Source of the DNA: Octopus sinensis
Lineage: Eukaryota
Reading direction: 5' to 3'
Length of the DNA: 64,000 bases
Assembly (NCBI RefSeq): GCF_006345805.1
Contig: NW_021837037.1
Span: 2,608 to 66,607, forward strand
Within the stretch, counting starts at the first letter, position 1, and every line of letters starts with the position of its first letter. The notes beneath the pieces are model-generated. The model worked only from the letters and a program-made list of their open reading frames with translations, did not search any database and was not told where the DNA came from. Made by a program: the position numbers and the translations under genes. This document shows, in pieces, positions 39,703-56,202 of this stretch.

Positions 39703-42700
39703 TCGGGGTGAGTACTTGATAATTATAAGCACCTGTGTATCATGTTTATTCCTATTTTTATTTTTTTACTTTTTATTTTTTTACTTTTTACTCTTATTTT
39801 TTTACTTTTTACTTTTATTTCTATTTCTATCTTTACTTTATAACCTTATGCCTTTACATTCATTTATATTTCTTTATATTTCTTTATATTCTTTATACCC
39901 CCTTTACATCTCCTTATATCCCTTTATATCTTTATACTCTACATTTTTATATTTTTCTATACTTACACTTTTTATACATACATTTTTTTATCCCTCGTCC
40001 TGAATTCTCGCCCCTCCATCTTCACGTCTATATATGTATTTATTTATTTACATTACTTCAACATCCAATTTCCTCATTCTACATTGAGAGAAGAAGAGAT
40101 GGACGCTTCAATTCTATGCTGTTGACTCATTATGTCGTACGCGAATGAGAGGATTTGCATCCCCAACCAAGAATTTTTGATGTAACACATGTCCTTGTGG
40201 AAGCTGTTGTGCGCGGCTGAAGAAGGCCACAGACATACATTATGCATTGTTATAAATCTGTCTAATAAAGGCCCGAAACATATGTACCGCTGAATCCTTG
40301 GCATCATGTTTTTATTTTGATCAATTTACTCCACCATCTACACCACCAAACGGTATACACAGGTTCTTATAATTATCAAGTACTCACCCCGAATTTCTAT
40401 ACTCAACTCACCTACGTTGTCACTATGATCTGATCCCACGTAACCGCGACAACCTTTAGTACTTGACGAACCCAAGCATGAAGATTCAAAGGATTCACAC
40501 AAACTTCTCTCCCAGGACATACCTCTCCACTCCGACAAAACTTACATGACGACCCTCATCCACCGGACCACAGACTTTATTAGAAGAATCACGTGGGCGG
40601 CTTACCATTTCGATAACCCGGGGAAAAGCAACCCCAACTCTAACCAAGAAGAAATAGCACACAGGAAGATATTTAAAAGCAGAAGATACCCACCCTCTAA
40701 CTACGCACTGGAAAATTTTGAAACAGACTTAATCGACCTCATTACCAACATCAACATTAGTAAGCATAAGACCATTTCCAACACCCACTTAAGGAGCCTT
40801 AAATATTTCCTGCATTCACTTAGGAACGATGATAGTCTTATCATACCCGCCGACAAGACTGGGAACTGGTATAGGTTAGACTACCAAACCTACAAATCGC
40901 TCATCATGAGGGAACTTAGCAAAAAATATAAAACTACTTCTACGGATAACCTTAAGGAAATTAACTACAAAATCAAGGAAGTTATGAGCAAATTAGACCT
41001 CCTGGACAGAACGGAACCTATCAAACCACAAGTACCCAAAATTACTATTGAAGACCATAAGAAAGACTTCCCGGATAATGTAGGAGTACGATTAATCTGT
41101 CCGACTAAATCGGATATCGGCAGACTCAGCAAGACTATCCTGGACAAGGTGATCCCACGCATCAAACCCCACATCCCACTCCAACTATGGATTAACACCG
41201 ACGATGTGCTAGAATGGTTTAACACAATCACCAATAGACCCAACTACTCATTCATCCAGTTCGACATAGCTAGCTACTACGCCAGTATATCCCCCATCTT
41301 ACTTAACAAATCCCTTATATTTGCCCGCAACCTTTCGCTCATAGACAGAGAAAAAATTGACATAATACTATTAGCTAGAAAAACCATAATAGAATTCGAC
41401 GGTAGACTTTGGACCAGATCCGATACCCCCGACAATTTTGATGTGGCTATGGGCTCGAGCGATTCAGCTCAGGTGACTGACTTGGTCGGGGCCTACCTGC
41501 TCAAGAAGCTTTTCTCCGAGGTACCGGATCTTCAGGGGGGTCTATACAGAGATGACGCTCTCTTCATATACCCCACCAACAATAGGAGTAAACTAGAAAG
41601 AATTAGAAAAAGATCAGGCTTTTTTTCAAATCCTTCAATCTTAAACTAGAATTTATGACCAATACTAAAATAGTAAACTTCTTAGATGTTACGTTAGACT
41701 TGAATAAGCACCTTCACCACCCGTATAGGAAACCCGAAGAAACTACCAAATACATCCATACCTCTTCCAACCATCCACCCTGTATAATTAGCACCACGGT
41801 CCAAGCCATCTCAGACAGGCTTACAAAACTATCCTCTAATAGAGAAATTTTCAATAATCACGCACAACACTACAACCAGGCTCTCTATAGTGCTGGGTAT
41901 AACCAGAGAATATCATATGTAGACCACCCGAGAACGTCCGTCGGCCATAAAACTCCCAATTATAATCGAACTCCGCACTCAACTCACACTAGCGATAATT
42001 CTAATTTAAACTCCAAACAACGTATAGGAAATAGGCGAACTAATAGAATAGCACACAATAGTAACCCTCTCGACGAGAGCAATATAGATCCTATTAGGAG
42101 AAATAGAAGGGATAATAGTCGATTACGCAAATATATATGGTTCAACATACCATACAACTTAGCAGGTAGGGGTACGTTATGTAAGAGAATATTCTCTATC
42201 ATTTCCAACAACTTCCCACCCACCCATAAGTATAGAAGCATCTTCTCCAACAAAACCATTAGGATTTCCTACTCTACCCTGCCCAACAAGAGCTGCCTCA
42301 TAGCTAAACATAACTATATTAATATTAGAACAGCTAGATCAAGAGCAAGCTATAGCGACCAACCGAACCCCCCTCATCCAGATAGTAGACAATATAATCA
42401 GACTGGCAGCCATATTACCCAAACAGTTAGTAATAACACCTGCCAACACAACAGAGGAAATACTACACCCATCAACAACCAGGAGGATATCAACGCCCCC
42501 ACTCGTATTGCAACACCTCCGCCTGGGATTAGCAGCACACGACCGAATAATGCAATTCAATGCAACTGCATATGTGCATCAGAGTGCCCGCTACAGGGCG
42601 TATGTAGGGCGAAAAACGTAATATATTCATGTGAGGTGAGTACCCGTTTAACACACTCACCTACATAGGTTGCTCAACCTCCTGGAAATCCAGATACTAC

Positions 42701-43136
42701 AACCACCGGTCCTCGCTGAAGCACAGACATAAGGCTAACAGCACCTCCCTTTCTAAAAAAATTTGGGAATTAAAAGACAAATGCAGAGGCTTCAAACTCA
42801 GGTGGTCCATCATCGGATCAGCTGCACCTTATTTAAATAATAGAGCAGGATGCCAACTATGTTGCGTAGAACTCCTGAACATCTTGAAATTCAAAGACAA
42901 ACACAATCTTATTAACAAAAGGTCAGAGTTCAAACCATCCTGTATACACAAACTTATTAATACTTTCAAATACTACAAAACTTAGGTTATTATACCAACT
43001 CTCCCATGCAATTTCCTCCCACCCGGTGCAACCTGTCGACTCCAGCACATCCCGCTTTCCTATATGTGCCTGTATGTGCGTATATGTGTGCGTATATATA
43101 TATATATATGTATGTGCACATATGTGTATGTATATG

Positions 43137-43173
<37 letters not shown>

Positions 43174-45067
43174 ATGTGTGTGGGTGTGTGTATGTGCATA
43201 TACGTTTCCCTGCATTTTCCTCCTATATATGCACATTTTGTCTCCCATATATGTCTTTTTTCCCTACATATTTTTTCTCCTACACCCATATCCTTCCTAT
43301 ATAGTCTCTTTATTTCCCTATATCTACACCCTTTCACATTTCTAACTCGGATGTTGAACGCACACCGCCAAGCTCCACTTATACTCCACTTCATCTCATG
43401 TTAAACTTTAAAAGATTATATTTTTATTTTATTTTCTTTTTATTTTTACTTTTATGTTGCTTTATCCTGTTCTATTTCACTTTACCTTTATTCTCATTTT
43501 TATTTTCATCCGTTATCTTAATTCTTATAATTTTTATAATTTTTATACTTCATCTCTAACTTTTACATTATATTTCTTATTTTATATTGTATTTCTTACT
43601 TTTATTTCTAATTTTTACTCTTACCCTCATTCTTACCCCTAACTTATCGCTTTATACCTCTATATATGTCTATTTTTTTTGCTTATCCCTTATTTACTTA
43701 CCTATGGATCCGCTTTATGATTATACGAGCGTCCGTGTACGTATGTATACGTATACATATGTGTACATATGTACGAGTAAACATCTACGTCTGGATGTGC
43801 ATACCCCGTATTTCTTTACATTTTTTTACATGTTTTCTTATACTCATATGTTTACACCTATTTGTATACATCTTTTAATACCTATAGCTATACCCATATG
43901 CGCGTATGTCTCTGTGTGTGTATGTAAGTGTATATGTGCACGCACATATGAACACACAGCCATGTGTGCGTGCACGTGTGGACGTGAGTGCGTGATTCTT
44001 TACATAAGTTCTTATATACATCCTTTAATATCTTATATCTAAACCTGGAAGCGTGGGCATATGTGTATGTGTATGTAAGAATGGACGCACATATGTATAT
44101 ATGGGTGTGTACACGTATAATGTCCGTGTATACATGCGGATATTCTGTTGTATGTATGTATATGTACGCGCGTGCGTGTGGGTGTATGTGTGTTTATGTA
44201 CATGTTTACACGTGAGTGCGTGTGTATGCTTATAGGCTTGGAGCCGTGTATGCGCGCGTATATGTGCTCGTGTATATGGGTGTATGTATCCATGATGGTA
44301 TGTATGTACAAGATGACCAATTAATTCAAAGAACTAGATTAAACGCTCAACAGCTCTGATTTACAACACACTAGGTCCCCAGACAACTTCTACAACTAGA
44401 CTTTATCAATCTCCTGACCACCATGTTTGGTCCCTAACCTCTATACATCCCTTATCTTTATATTTCTTTATATTTTTTTACTTTTTTATCATGTTTATTC
44501 CTATTTTTATTTTGTTACTTTTTATTTTTTTACTTTTTACTCTTATTTTTTTACTTTTTACTTTTATTTCTATTTCTATCTTTACTTTATAACCTTATGC
44601 CTTTACATTCATTTATATTTCTTTATATTCTTTATACCCCCTTTACATCTCCTTATATCCCTTTATATCTTTATACACTACATTTTTATATTTTTCTATA
44701 CTTACACTTTTTATACATACATTTTTTATCCCTCGTCCTGAATTCTCGCCTCTCCATCTTCACTTCTATATATGTATTTATTTATTTACATTACTTCAAC
44801 ATCCAAATTTCCTCATTCTACATTGAGAGAAGGAAGAGATGGACGCTTCAATTCTATGCTGTTGACTCATTATGTCGTACGCGAATGAGAGGATTTGCAT
44901 CCCCAACCAAGAATTTTTGATGTAACACATGTCCTTGTGGAAGCTGTTGTGCGCGGCTGAAGAAGGCCACAGACATACATTATGCATTGTTATAAATCTG
45001 TCTAATAAAGGCCCGAAACATATGTACCGCTGAATCCTTGGCATCATGTTTTTATTTTGATCAATTT
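39695..45067 (+). mobile_element. Second copy of the near-intact Penelope-like element
   Basis: Duplicate of 5407-10778 with the same two frameshifts (ORFs 40546-41649, 41655-42668). Confidence 0.92.
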
Positions 45068-47739
45068 ATATATATATATTTTTAACTGATGTCCACCGGC
45101 AGACCGTAGTTAAAATGTTTCCATTATTTCAAGTGCTAAGCATTTAAGGTAGCGTGGTTAACTAAGATAAAATTTCCTGGAACGTTAAAATATTTTCAAA
45201 ACACCAATCTGTGCAATCACTATCGATTCCAGGATACAGATATTTGTTGTTCATTAGTTATCAATCGATTATATCTGAGTGACATATGTATACGTGTGAG
45301 TGTTTGAATGTGTGTGTTTGTTTGAATGTGTGTGTGTATTTTTGTGTGCATATGTGTGCATTTTTTACGCTTGCCACCACATAACAATCAGTGTTCGTGC
45401 ATTTACGAACGCAAAACCCCGCAGTCAAGTGAAAGCTAAGGATATCATAAACACCAAGTTTAAAAACAAAATACAATACACTGGGAGATATTCGATCGAC
45501 TAAAACTCTTCAAGTTGGTGCCTCCGGATGACAACAGCCTAATGAATGAAACAACTAAAAATTGAAAGGCGTTGCTATTATTCATTTCATTTAGAATTTG
45601 ATTAAGTTATTCGCAGTAATATTAAATGCGTCAAAACTATTGAAAATATTGCAAGACGCAACGAAAATTTAAGGACAATAAAATAAGAAATAAGTAGAAA
45701 ATTTAGCAGTGAGTGTTTTACATAAGAAGGCACAAAAAGAAAATGACTCTCCCCAGACACAACAGATTATTGAATGACTTTCACATTAATACTACGCATT
45801 CTTGTGATGGTTTTGCTAACTATTTCTTGGTTTTAATAACACCAATGATAGTATCAAGAGACCTTGAAACTTTACCACAGCATTATAGGAAATGAAATAT
45901 TTCTCCATCAGGTACGTATAAAAGTCAGCAACAACAAATTTTGAGTATTCTGTACTTTTGTCTTTTCGCTAATAAAATGTGTAAGTGGACCAAAGACTGT
46001 TGGATACTTTTGTAGAGTATGGAGTCGATAATGCGGCTGTACGTATGCAAAATTGTTAGAATGTAGCTACTTTACTTACTGATGTCATTCAGAGGGAAAC
46101 GTTTCTTTTGACCATGACGAAGAAGCTAACACAAAAGTAGACATCCCGACATACACATTCATATATATATTCATCCACACACATATATACATACACTCAC
46201 AACCAATACCGAATATAAATTCTATAATACCTACATTTCTACATAGCACCAGTTTTTCTCTGTCCTGCTTGAAACATCTATTAACATCGATATCTTGGCT
46301 CCTGTTCCACTTGAATCGCTATACGTCTCGTACATCGCAGAGTCATTTCAGGGTAACTTTCTCTTAAATCCAGTAATTCTAATATAATATATCTCAAATA
46401 TTCCTCTCTAATTTCGCTTACCATTATCGCTGCATGACACATAACCAATGTGTTCTTCCAGGTTAGCAATTACATTATATCTAGTGGTTACGTATTTACA
46501 TGTATTTATCGCGTATTCATACATCTAGTGCTTGATGTTGTTATCATTTGAAAAAGAAATGTAACTCACCTCCATCCTCTACAAGAGATTTAACTTTATT
46601 GTTATCTGTCGCTACTGATTGTCAAACGATATTATCATTTTTAAAGTGAGACTGGCAGCAATAATTCAGTTAATATTAGACTCGTATATGAAAGCGATTG
46701 AAACTGCTAATGTGGCTATGTGTGTTTTCATATGTATATTTCAACAACCAAAATGCTGCAGTGTAACACAAAGTGTAGGATGTTGTTTAACCCAATGGTC
46801 CAGGGATAATATTAGCGGCATTCTTAATCGTAGTACTTGAAGGAATTCTGCCTTCGCAACATTTTCTGGAATATTTTCTGGACAAAACCTTTAATGACTT
46901 AAGTATCATTGCGTTAATAAGGTAAAACAAAACTTATTTTAAAGTAGGCTGCAGACGCCATATGGCACCGAACTAAAGAGCGGTCGTCCAATTCTATTTG
47001 TACAAAGCTATTCCTAGCTGTATGTTACTTATCCAAGTCAACACACACATATATATATAAGTACACACACACATATATATGCATGCATGTGTGTGTGTAT
47101 ATGGCCCAGTGGTTAGGGCATTGGACTCGCGGTCAGAGGACCGCGGGGTCGATTCTCAGACCGGGCGTTGTGTGCGTTTATTGAGTGAAAACACCTAAAA
47201 GCCCCACAGACAACGGCGGTGCATCAGCATGGCCGCAGCACTGAGCTGAAGCTAGAAAAAATATATATATGCACACACACACGTACACACACATATGGAT
47301 ATATATCTATGAATATGTATATGAAGGTCTTTTTTTCGATTCTGTTTACCAAAATGCACTCAGAAAAGTTTGGTCGTGCTGATTCTAACGTAGCAAACAC
47401 GAACCCTAAATGCAAAGTGGGACTGAACCCGGAAACATAGCACTGGCCAACAAGGGCATGTTCACACACAAAGTGCAAAGAAAACAAAAACCAAAAAATC
47501 AGCGCTACATGTGTGTGAAGATTTACTTCTAAATATCGACACGTTTAATTCGTGGCAAGTTAAAATACAATTTCAATCATAATATAATACCACGTAATAA
47601 ATAACGGTAGAATAGTTGTTGCTAGGTTATAATGAAACGAACATCTGTTACATGTTTTTCAAGCCTAAAGACAAACTCCTGCGTAGTACATAGAGCAACA
47701 CCACGTATGTAGAAAGCTGACGAAAAGAACTAATCTACA

Positions 47740-48270
47740 ATGAAAAGAATTCTATTCATATTATCTGTAATTTGCGGTAAGGTGTTACTTCATAAAACAG
47801 CGCTCATAAATGACGGTTCACAGACACCAGGTAGAAGCAGGCGCATGCAAATGCATACATGTGTTTATATAGGTTTGTATGCTTGATTGCATGCATATAT
47901 GTATGTAGGTGTGTATGTACACACACACACACACATAGTATGCATGACTCTATGTATGTATATCTAGATAGATATATACATAGATAGACAGGTGACGTTA
48001 GCGATTTTTTTTTCTTCTTTGGACATTTCACTTTCTCCTTCCAGACGAAGAGCTATGCGCGAAACAATGTTTTCTTTGTACACGTTCTCTTGTTAATGCT
48101 TACATGTTTAAATGAATTGAATATCCGTTTGTATGTTTGAAAATTCCACACACCCTTGGCCTTGTCTCATTTTGACACATTATATTTAACACACACATAC
48201 GTATGTATGTATGTATGTATGCATGTATGCATGAATGTATGTAAATATGTAGATATATGTATTTTATACG

Positions 48271-48308
<38 letters not shown>

Positions 48309-48572
48309 GCAGAGTAAAGTAATTTATTTTATAGAAGGAGCTTCTACAGGACTAGAACTGTTTCATTCAGATGAAATCTTCAGGAAGCTGGCTGTCAAAA
48401 TAAGGTCTGGTATTTATACATTTAGGCAGATTTAATGGGATTGTGGTGGGGGGCGTTTTGGGGGTAATTTGGTATTTAGGTGATAAACAGGGCACAAGCT
48501 ATTGTTCTTAGGGGAGTGGTCATATATATATATACATATACATGCACACACTCACACGCACATACACACACA

Positions 48573-48631
<59 letters not shown>

Positions 48632-51600
48632 GCTCGAGAAAGCCTTCGCATATCTCCAGAGTAGTCAATGTACTTGGATCATTACTAGAGATTTGAACTG
48701 CATCATTCGAACTATTGAGCCTCTGGAAGAGGGATACAATGCCCCAAACTGCAAAAATAAATGTGCACGCAGTGGCCCACCCTGAGTTTCGTCGGCCCGT
48801 GAAGAACGCCACCTACACCGGCACCACTTGTAGGTCCAATACTGGAGGGTAAATGAATCAGCTGGGCCGGCCCTAATGACTCACCACAGAACCATTTGTG
48901 CAGAGGCTGTTTGACGTCCTAATAGTGGCCCCATCGCCCTAGATCATCACCAGCGGGTACGCCTGCAGTCCGTTTCAACACGTCAGAACTGGTGATCTTC
49001 GCCCTTGAGTAATCTCAGACAGTCTTTTCTGACGAATGTCGATATTGCATTTCTGTGGCAGATGGCAGTGCTAGTATTTGGAGAAGGCGTGATTGTCATG
49101 GCGATGGCTGTGTGGTGGCGAGAGACTCGTGGGCAGGATAGAGCATCATGGTATGTGACTGGATTGAACTCAACTAGAAACTTTGACCGGTGGCCTTCCA
49201 AGACATCGGTCAAGGACGGGGCAATTAAATAGCTGTTGCTTGCTAGATTGACCAAATTTTAAGACCTCACATTTTGCCATAATTTGCCAATCATGGGAAT
49301 CACGCGTTCCAATAAGACAACGCCCGTGCCCCTACTGCTAGGCTGATAACATACCTCCTCCAACAGCATAATTTCCAGGCACTACCATGGCCTGTCCTAT
49401 GTCTGGACGTGAACCACATAAAACACCTGTGGGGCGAAATCCAATGAAGGCTAAATGACATCCGTCCAACGCCGGCAACTACGGTACAAATCACTGAAAC
49501 TTTAACAGTGCCTGGGCTGTTATCCCAATGAACTACATCAATCGTTTTTGCGCATTTAGTGTACAGAGGTTGCCTGCTGGTAATCAACGCTAACAGTGGT
49601 CACACGAGATACTGAGGTCATTTTTTTTATCCAAGACACTGCATCATCACGTGACGTCAAACATGTTTAAGGATATGGCGATTTGTCATTAGGAAAGAAC
49701 CGTTTCTCTATTTCGTACGTTTATGGTATCACTTTTGTGGTTCAGTTGATATGTAATTGCATGTTTATGCCTGTACCTATGTATACGTATATGTATATGC
49801 ATATATTTATATGTATATATATGTTATTATTACTGGATTGAAGTATCTTAAATTGTGGTCACTTTGAATGTTTTAATTTTAGACGCTTACCTACCAGAAG
49901 AGTTTCAATACCTTTTTATTATTAGATCATTTTTATTCTTGTAAATGTGTTATATATTTCATAAACTTTTTCTACATTCTGCGATTTGATATAAAAGGTA
50001 TCGGTTTTTAACATCCCTCCTCAAAGCCACATGCCAGATATATGAAATCTAACATAGAAGTCAATACTTTGGAAGGAATAGAGCTAATATATCCACTGGC
50101 TATATGCTCAGAACACGTAAAATATATACATTCCGTTAAATTTACAAAGGAAATTCGGCAAGATATCGTAAAAATGAATATTAAACCATAAATGTAGCAA
50201 TGGACGATCGTACAAAAAAGGATTCCAAACAAGATGAGGACAAATATCAATCAAATGTAAATAATGTAAATAATTATTACTGCGTTACCAATGAATTAGA
50301 AAATAAATTTAGTTGAATAATATGTAATTCTTAAAATTGTAGGTGCCACAGCCTCCAAAGTCTGCATGACAGTAGCCGAGAAAGAGTGCAAATACGCTCT
50401 GCTAACTTATCCTGTAAAGACTCCCGACATTCATTTCTGCAGGTATCTTTTTCTCCTTTTGGTACTAATATTTGTATTTCTTTTATAGTACTATCGTTCA
50501 TATTTGCAACTTCGTTTCACAAAATCAATTGTTTGTAATGTATTACACACAGAGGAACAAAAAAATGTGTTCCGCCACCAGGTGGTTAAATTTTCCATCA
50601 ATCTATTCCCGAAACAAAATATTATAGCATTTGCTCGTGGTGCCCCAGCATGGCCGCGGCCTTCAGTCTAAAACATTTTAAAGGATTGTAAGTATTTAAG
50701 ACCGGATTTGAAAGATAAATTACTCGAGCCTTTGATTCAACACCCATTCATACGTTAGGATTTCGCCTGATTAAGAAGAATTCAAATAATTTCGATCATA
50801 GGCTTGCGTGTTACTTTTGTCAACTATTATTTAGATAAATGTCTTTGTATTTCTAATTAACGTTATTTCCACCACAGTAATATAAAGATGATATTCTGAT
50901 AAAAGTGAATCGCCCACAGAATTTTAACTATGGGTTGTCCGGAAAGTTTTTGCGGATTTTAAAGAAAAGCAAAAGGGCAATTACATTTTTAATCTACTAA
51001 ATATAAAACATTTTCTTGCACAATGGGTCTCCCTCTTTCCATTGACTTGAAAATACCCTCTTCCCAGAATTGAGGTTGTTTCGCGGCAAAGAATTCATCA
51101 AGGTATCTTTTTCCGTCATCCAAGGAATTGAAATTTTTACCAGTAAGACTAGACCTGAATAAGTGGAAATCCGAAGGAGCAATATCTGGTGAATATGGAG
51201 GTTGGGGTAACACATCCCGGCCGAGCTGCAGCAATTCTTGTCTGGTTCTCAAAGCCTCAACTGCCAGAAATGAACTTTCTTACCTTCCATTTTAAAGGGT
51301 TACAGAATTAACGCAGGTTACAGGAATATAAACCTTCTTCCACGAAAATATACCTGAAACTGTGCTCTAAATGGAGGTGTAGTCAAATCCTATTTTATGC
51401 ACTCAACCATGTTCTAAAAAAAGTCGAAATGTAAGCTACTGTAAATCGGCACGAACTTTCTGGACAACCCAATATTTCTGATATTGTAAGATGAGCCGAC
51501 CGAATTGTTAGCACGCCACACCAAATGCTTAGTGGCATTTTATCCGTCTTTATGTTCCGCATTGAAATGGAGCCGGGATCGGCTTCTCCATTCCGATGTC

Positions 51601-52591
51601 AATAAGTTACGTACCAGTTGAGACCTAGGGTCAAGGTAATCGGCTACCAACACACCAACAAAAAAGATACAAAGAAAAAGCAATAATTTGGTCTGGTACC
51701 AAAATTTGAAATCAATACTTCAAATATTGTAAGGCGGTGGGCTTGGAGAATCGTAAATACAAAATGCAAAATCCTTAGCGATATTTTGCCCGTCTTTACG
51801 TTCTTAGTTTCCCATTCAGCTGAGTTCGATTTTGGATTCCATCTTGTCAGGGTCGACAAACTATCTACCAGTGTTGCACAAGGACTATATAAATTTGAAA
51901 CCAATGTTTCTTATACTAAAAACCGGGAGGTAGATCTTGAAGACAAGTATAGAGGCACTCCGTAGGTTACGACGACCTGTGTTCCAGTTGATCCGATCAA
52001 CGGAGCAGCCTGCTCATGAAATTAACGTGCAAGTGGCTGAGCACTCCACAGACGTGTATCCTTCACGTATTTCTCGGGGTGATTCAGTGTGATAAAGAAT
52101 GTGACAAGGCCGGTCCTTTGAAATATGGGTACAACATAAACAGGAAGAAAGAGTGAGAAAAGTTGTGGCGAAAAATTACAGCAGGGGGTGGCACCACTCC
52201 TGCAGGGAACCTCATGTAGCTGTAAGCGTTTTTGCTCAATAAACATTCGCAACGCCCGGTCTGGGAATCGAAACCGCGATCCTACAACCGCGAGTGCGCT
52301 GCCCTTACCACTGGGCAATTTGCCTCCACGATGACAAGAGTAGTTCTGAATTCTATGCTTACATATTCTGATATAAAAAAAAAGAAACTATATTGACCGT
52401 TGCCTTCTCTCTATAATTGGTAATACTTGATATGTTTTTATCTTACAGACGTCTAGAGTTGTATGAAATCTGTATTACTCATGTAGATCCTGTTTGCCAA
52501 AGAGCCATGCGCAAAGAGCTTACAAAAAAGTGCTCTGGTGAGTGAAACAATTTATTTTATTATTAAAAAAGTTGTAGCAAAATGAAATTCA

Positions 52592-52658
<67 letters not shown>

Positions 52659-53166
52659 AGAAGTAGCAGCAGTGGCAGAAGGAGAAGAAGAAAACGAAAA
52701 AGAAGAAGAAGGAAAAGATGAAGTAGAAGTAGGAGGAAGAGGATTATAATCCATAATACACTGAGAACATTTTCTTCCGGTTTATCATGATTGCAGTTCA
52801 ATTTCTAAACAGATATTCATCTATTTTTTTCCGTTGATAAGATAAGAGGCAACCAATTGATGCAGGTCATTAAGTCTATTTAATGAGATCACCTGTACAG
52901 GTGACTTTTCATCAGGTTACACGCTTAGCTCTGAAGAAAGGAAACTGTATTTGCATTATTGGTCAAAACATCTCTATCACTTTATGTAAATTTCTAGTAA
53001 ATGTCAACGTTATTAATTAAATTAATCCACTAATTAAAAATGAGTACCACGTAAACACATTTTTTACTTGAATATTACAGATAAGAAGCCCCACAATGAG
53101 TCAACGGTCTGCATTGTAAATTTAAACAGCATGTTATTGGCAGTTCTTGTATCAACCATATTTTAA
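47740..53166 (+). CDS. Second copy of paralogue A (join 47740-47776, 50343-50442, 52449-52537, 53081-53166)
   Basis: Exons identical to 13450-18870 by inspection. Confidence 0.86.
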
Positions 53167-54975
53167 TGGAATTCGAACATATGTTGAAAGATTTAATAAA
53201 GATTTAACACATATTTTTGATAGTTTTGCATTGTATAATCTCTTATCTTCATTATATAAAAAATGTAAGTATATAAAGAACTCCGAAATTTAATTTTTAT
53301 TATAACGTCAAATAATACCATATTCACTTCTTCGCTTCAATAGAAACTTTCTTTACAATTTTACTTTTTTATTCAATCCAATGCCGCAAAAGGTCTTATT
53401 AGTAGCTTGACATAATCCTCAAATCGATTAAATTTTAATACCACTTCAATATGAAAGGGTTACTAGACTACTTGTTTTTAATAAAATATAAATATTTACC
53501 TCAATTTCAACATGATCTCTTTCGAAGTAGTGCAGATATACACCGGTCCCAATCTTCGTGATTCTTTTAGAATCCGGGCAGGAAATGCTTTTCCGGAAGC
53601 GATTCAAAGACTTTCGGCGATTCGAGGACCTTCTCCGATTTGAGGACCTCCTGCGATTCGAGGACCTTCTGCGATTCGAGGACCTTCTGCGATTCGAGGG
53701 CCTTCTGCTATTCGAGGACCTTCTGCAATTCGAAGACCTTTTGCGATTCGCTATGGAGCTCGACAACGGTGTAATAACTGCGACCTCTGAACCTCATTTC
53801 CGTTTTGGGGCAGAGATGACATTCAGCAGGTTCCAGCTCAGGCAATTAGGGAGAATGCAGAAGCGATATCATTTTCTTTTTTTTTCCTTTTTGAGAAACT
53901 CACGTGTGAGAGGATCTCAGTTACAGAGTGCTATGTCATCGTGAAGAATCCGATTCTTCAAGCTCCATATACATGCGGCCTTTCGCGGAAGATTCTCCAA
54001 CAAAAGCTTCAAAATGTCATTGTTTATCCTTTGACGATCTTCATGCACAAACTGATGATAATTTCTCCATATTTCGTCGTAGGTGACTTGTGGCACGTCT
54101 TTGAAATAATTTATCTTCTTCCAGAGAAGTTCTTCCGGTTTTGGAGCGCTCATGCAATCCGAAATATTGCGTACATCTCATTGCCTTGTCGCCGTAAGCT
54201 TCACAAAGCAAGCTTAATGTCTCTGTATCAGACTTCTCAATATAATCCAATGTTTGACGTTGGCTCTTTGTTTCAGCTCTCTGCGCTTGACAAGATAGCA
54301 GCGAAAAGCATACACGTGATCACATCAACTCAAATTTCATAACTTGGGAATTAAAGACAGTGATTTCTGTCCGTAGACAGACACACGAATACCACCGCTA
54401 CCTCCCACTGTGTACGCAACCATGTACTGCCCTGTTTTCGCGCTACAGGGAACGATTGGTACCACCACGTATCGTTGCTTCCAAGTAAAATGGTGAAGAT
54501 TAACCTCACTTTATAAATTACAATTTATAAATCGCAGCATGTCCATAAGTTGTATTTCTATATCACACAGACGTTCTGTTTATATTGTTTTATTAATACT
54601 CAACGTTAACAAAGGCATAACAAATTGATTACAAAGTTCTCCGATAATGCTAGTTGTATTCATATTTACTGATATAACACAGTCAGGTTGCTTGAATGTT
54701 TATACTGTCTTTTGTCAGTGTTAACATTGTATTATTGTATACATACATCCATTCATATTTAATATGACTTGCACATGTTATATCGCATAGAGTATAAATT
54801 TATAGGGGTAATTCTTCACCATGTTTTTAGTATATCATTAGGAAAATAATCGGTAATAAACAGAGGTTGAATAGTAAATTCGTGTGAAGAGGAGAATCAT
54901 ATATATAGTATGTTTTCAACTAAAACCATACATGCAAATTAATAGAGATAAGTATAAGTATAACTTCATTCACAT

Positions 54976-55050
<75 letters not shown>

Positions 55051-56171
55051 TATATCAAAATGCGGAAATTATAATACACATAAAATATTCATGTGCACAT
55101 AGATCTCTACATATTTCGGTGTTTATATAGACGCATGTGTTCACGTATGTTAATACTCATAATGAAATATGCAAATTTAGTCTACACTGGCAACACCTAT
55201 AAACGCATATTTGCAATTATAAACTTTCTTCAATTCCACACTTATAATCATATTGAAAAGAAATGGTAAAAAAAAATATTCTTTTGTTTATACGATTTCA
55301 AAAATTTACTTTGTATTTCATTCATTGTTTGCAATGTTTTCTCTCACACACGCTGTTTCTCTAATATAAACACACAGAAACTCTTCTGGTTTCATTCCGT
55401 TATAACACGCATATCATATTAAAAGTTTTCAAATCCATCATGGGCCGTAAAATAAAACACGTGCATTATTTCGCTTGAACGCGGACACTTCGATAATTAC
55501 CTTATCTGAAGGCTGCGAGCTGGCAGAAACGTTAGCACGCCGGGCGATATGCTTTCCCGCATTTCGCCTGCCGTTATGTTCTGAGTTCAAATTTCGCCGA
55601 GGTCAACTTTGCCTGTCATATTTTCGGGGTCGTTAAATTAAGTATCATCTGCGTACTGGGGTCGATGTAATCGACTGCCCTCCTCCCCACACACACAAAA
55701 GATTTTAATAAAACATTGAAATAGTCTTTGCTTATAGAAAGCTAACATATAAATATTATCGAACTAAAACCTACATTTTGAAAAGCACCCTCACTCGAAA
55801 ATATTTCAAAAGGATAAAAATATTGTTTAACAAAAGCGAAATGAGAAATATTTACAGTAAAATAAAAAGAAACAAATATAATTCCGTTGTCAAGTCATTG
55901 TCTAATCGAAAGTAGAGATTTTCCCTTTTCAAATTAAGATTATTTTCGGGATAATTTCCCACTATGATCCGCTTGGGTATTTGTACCCTGAAAACTTGTA
56001 ATATCTTAAAAAACCACTTGCCGGTTTACACGAACTTGTTTTGTTTTCCGTTCATATTAGCATTTCAGGCTAAATATATTTCATTGTATTTTTCCATTAT
56101 GCGCTACTTTGGCTGGGTAAATTTAAAAGCGGTCTATCAAGGAAGATCCAAACTGATTTCTAATGCACTTT

Positions 56172-56202
<31 letters not shown>
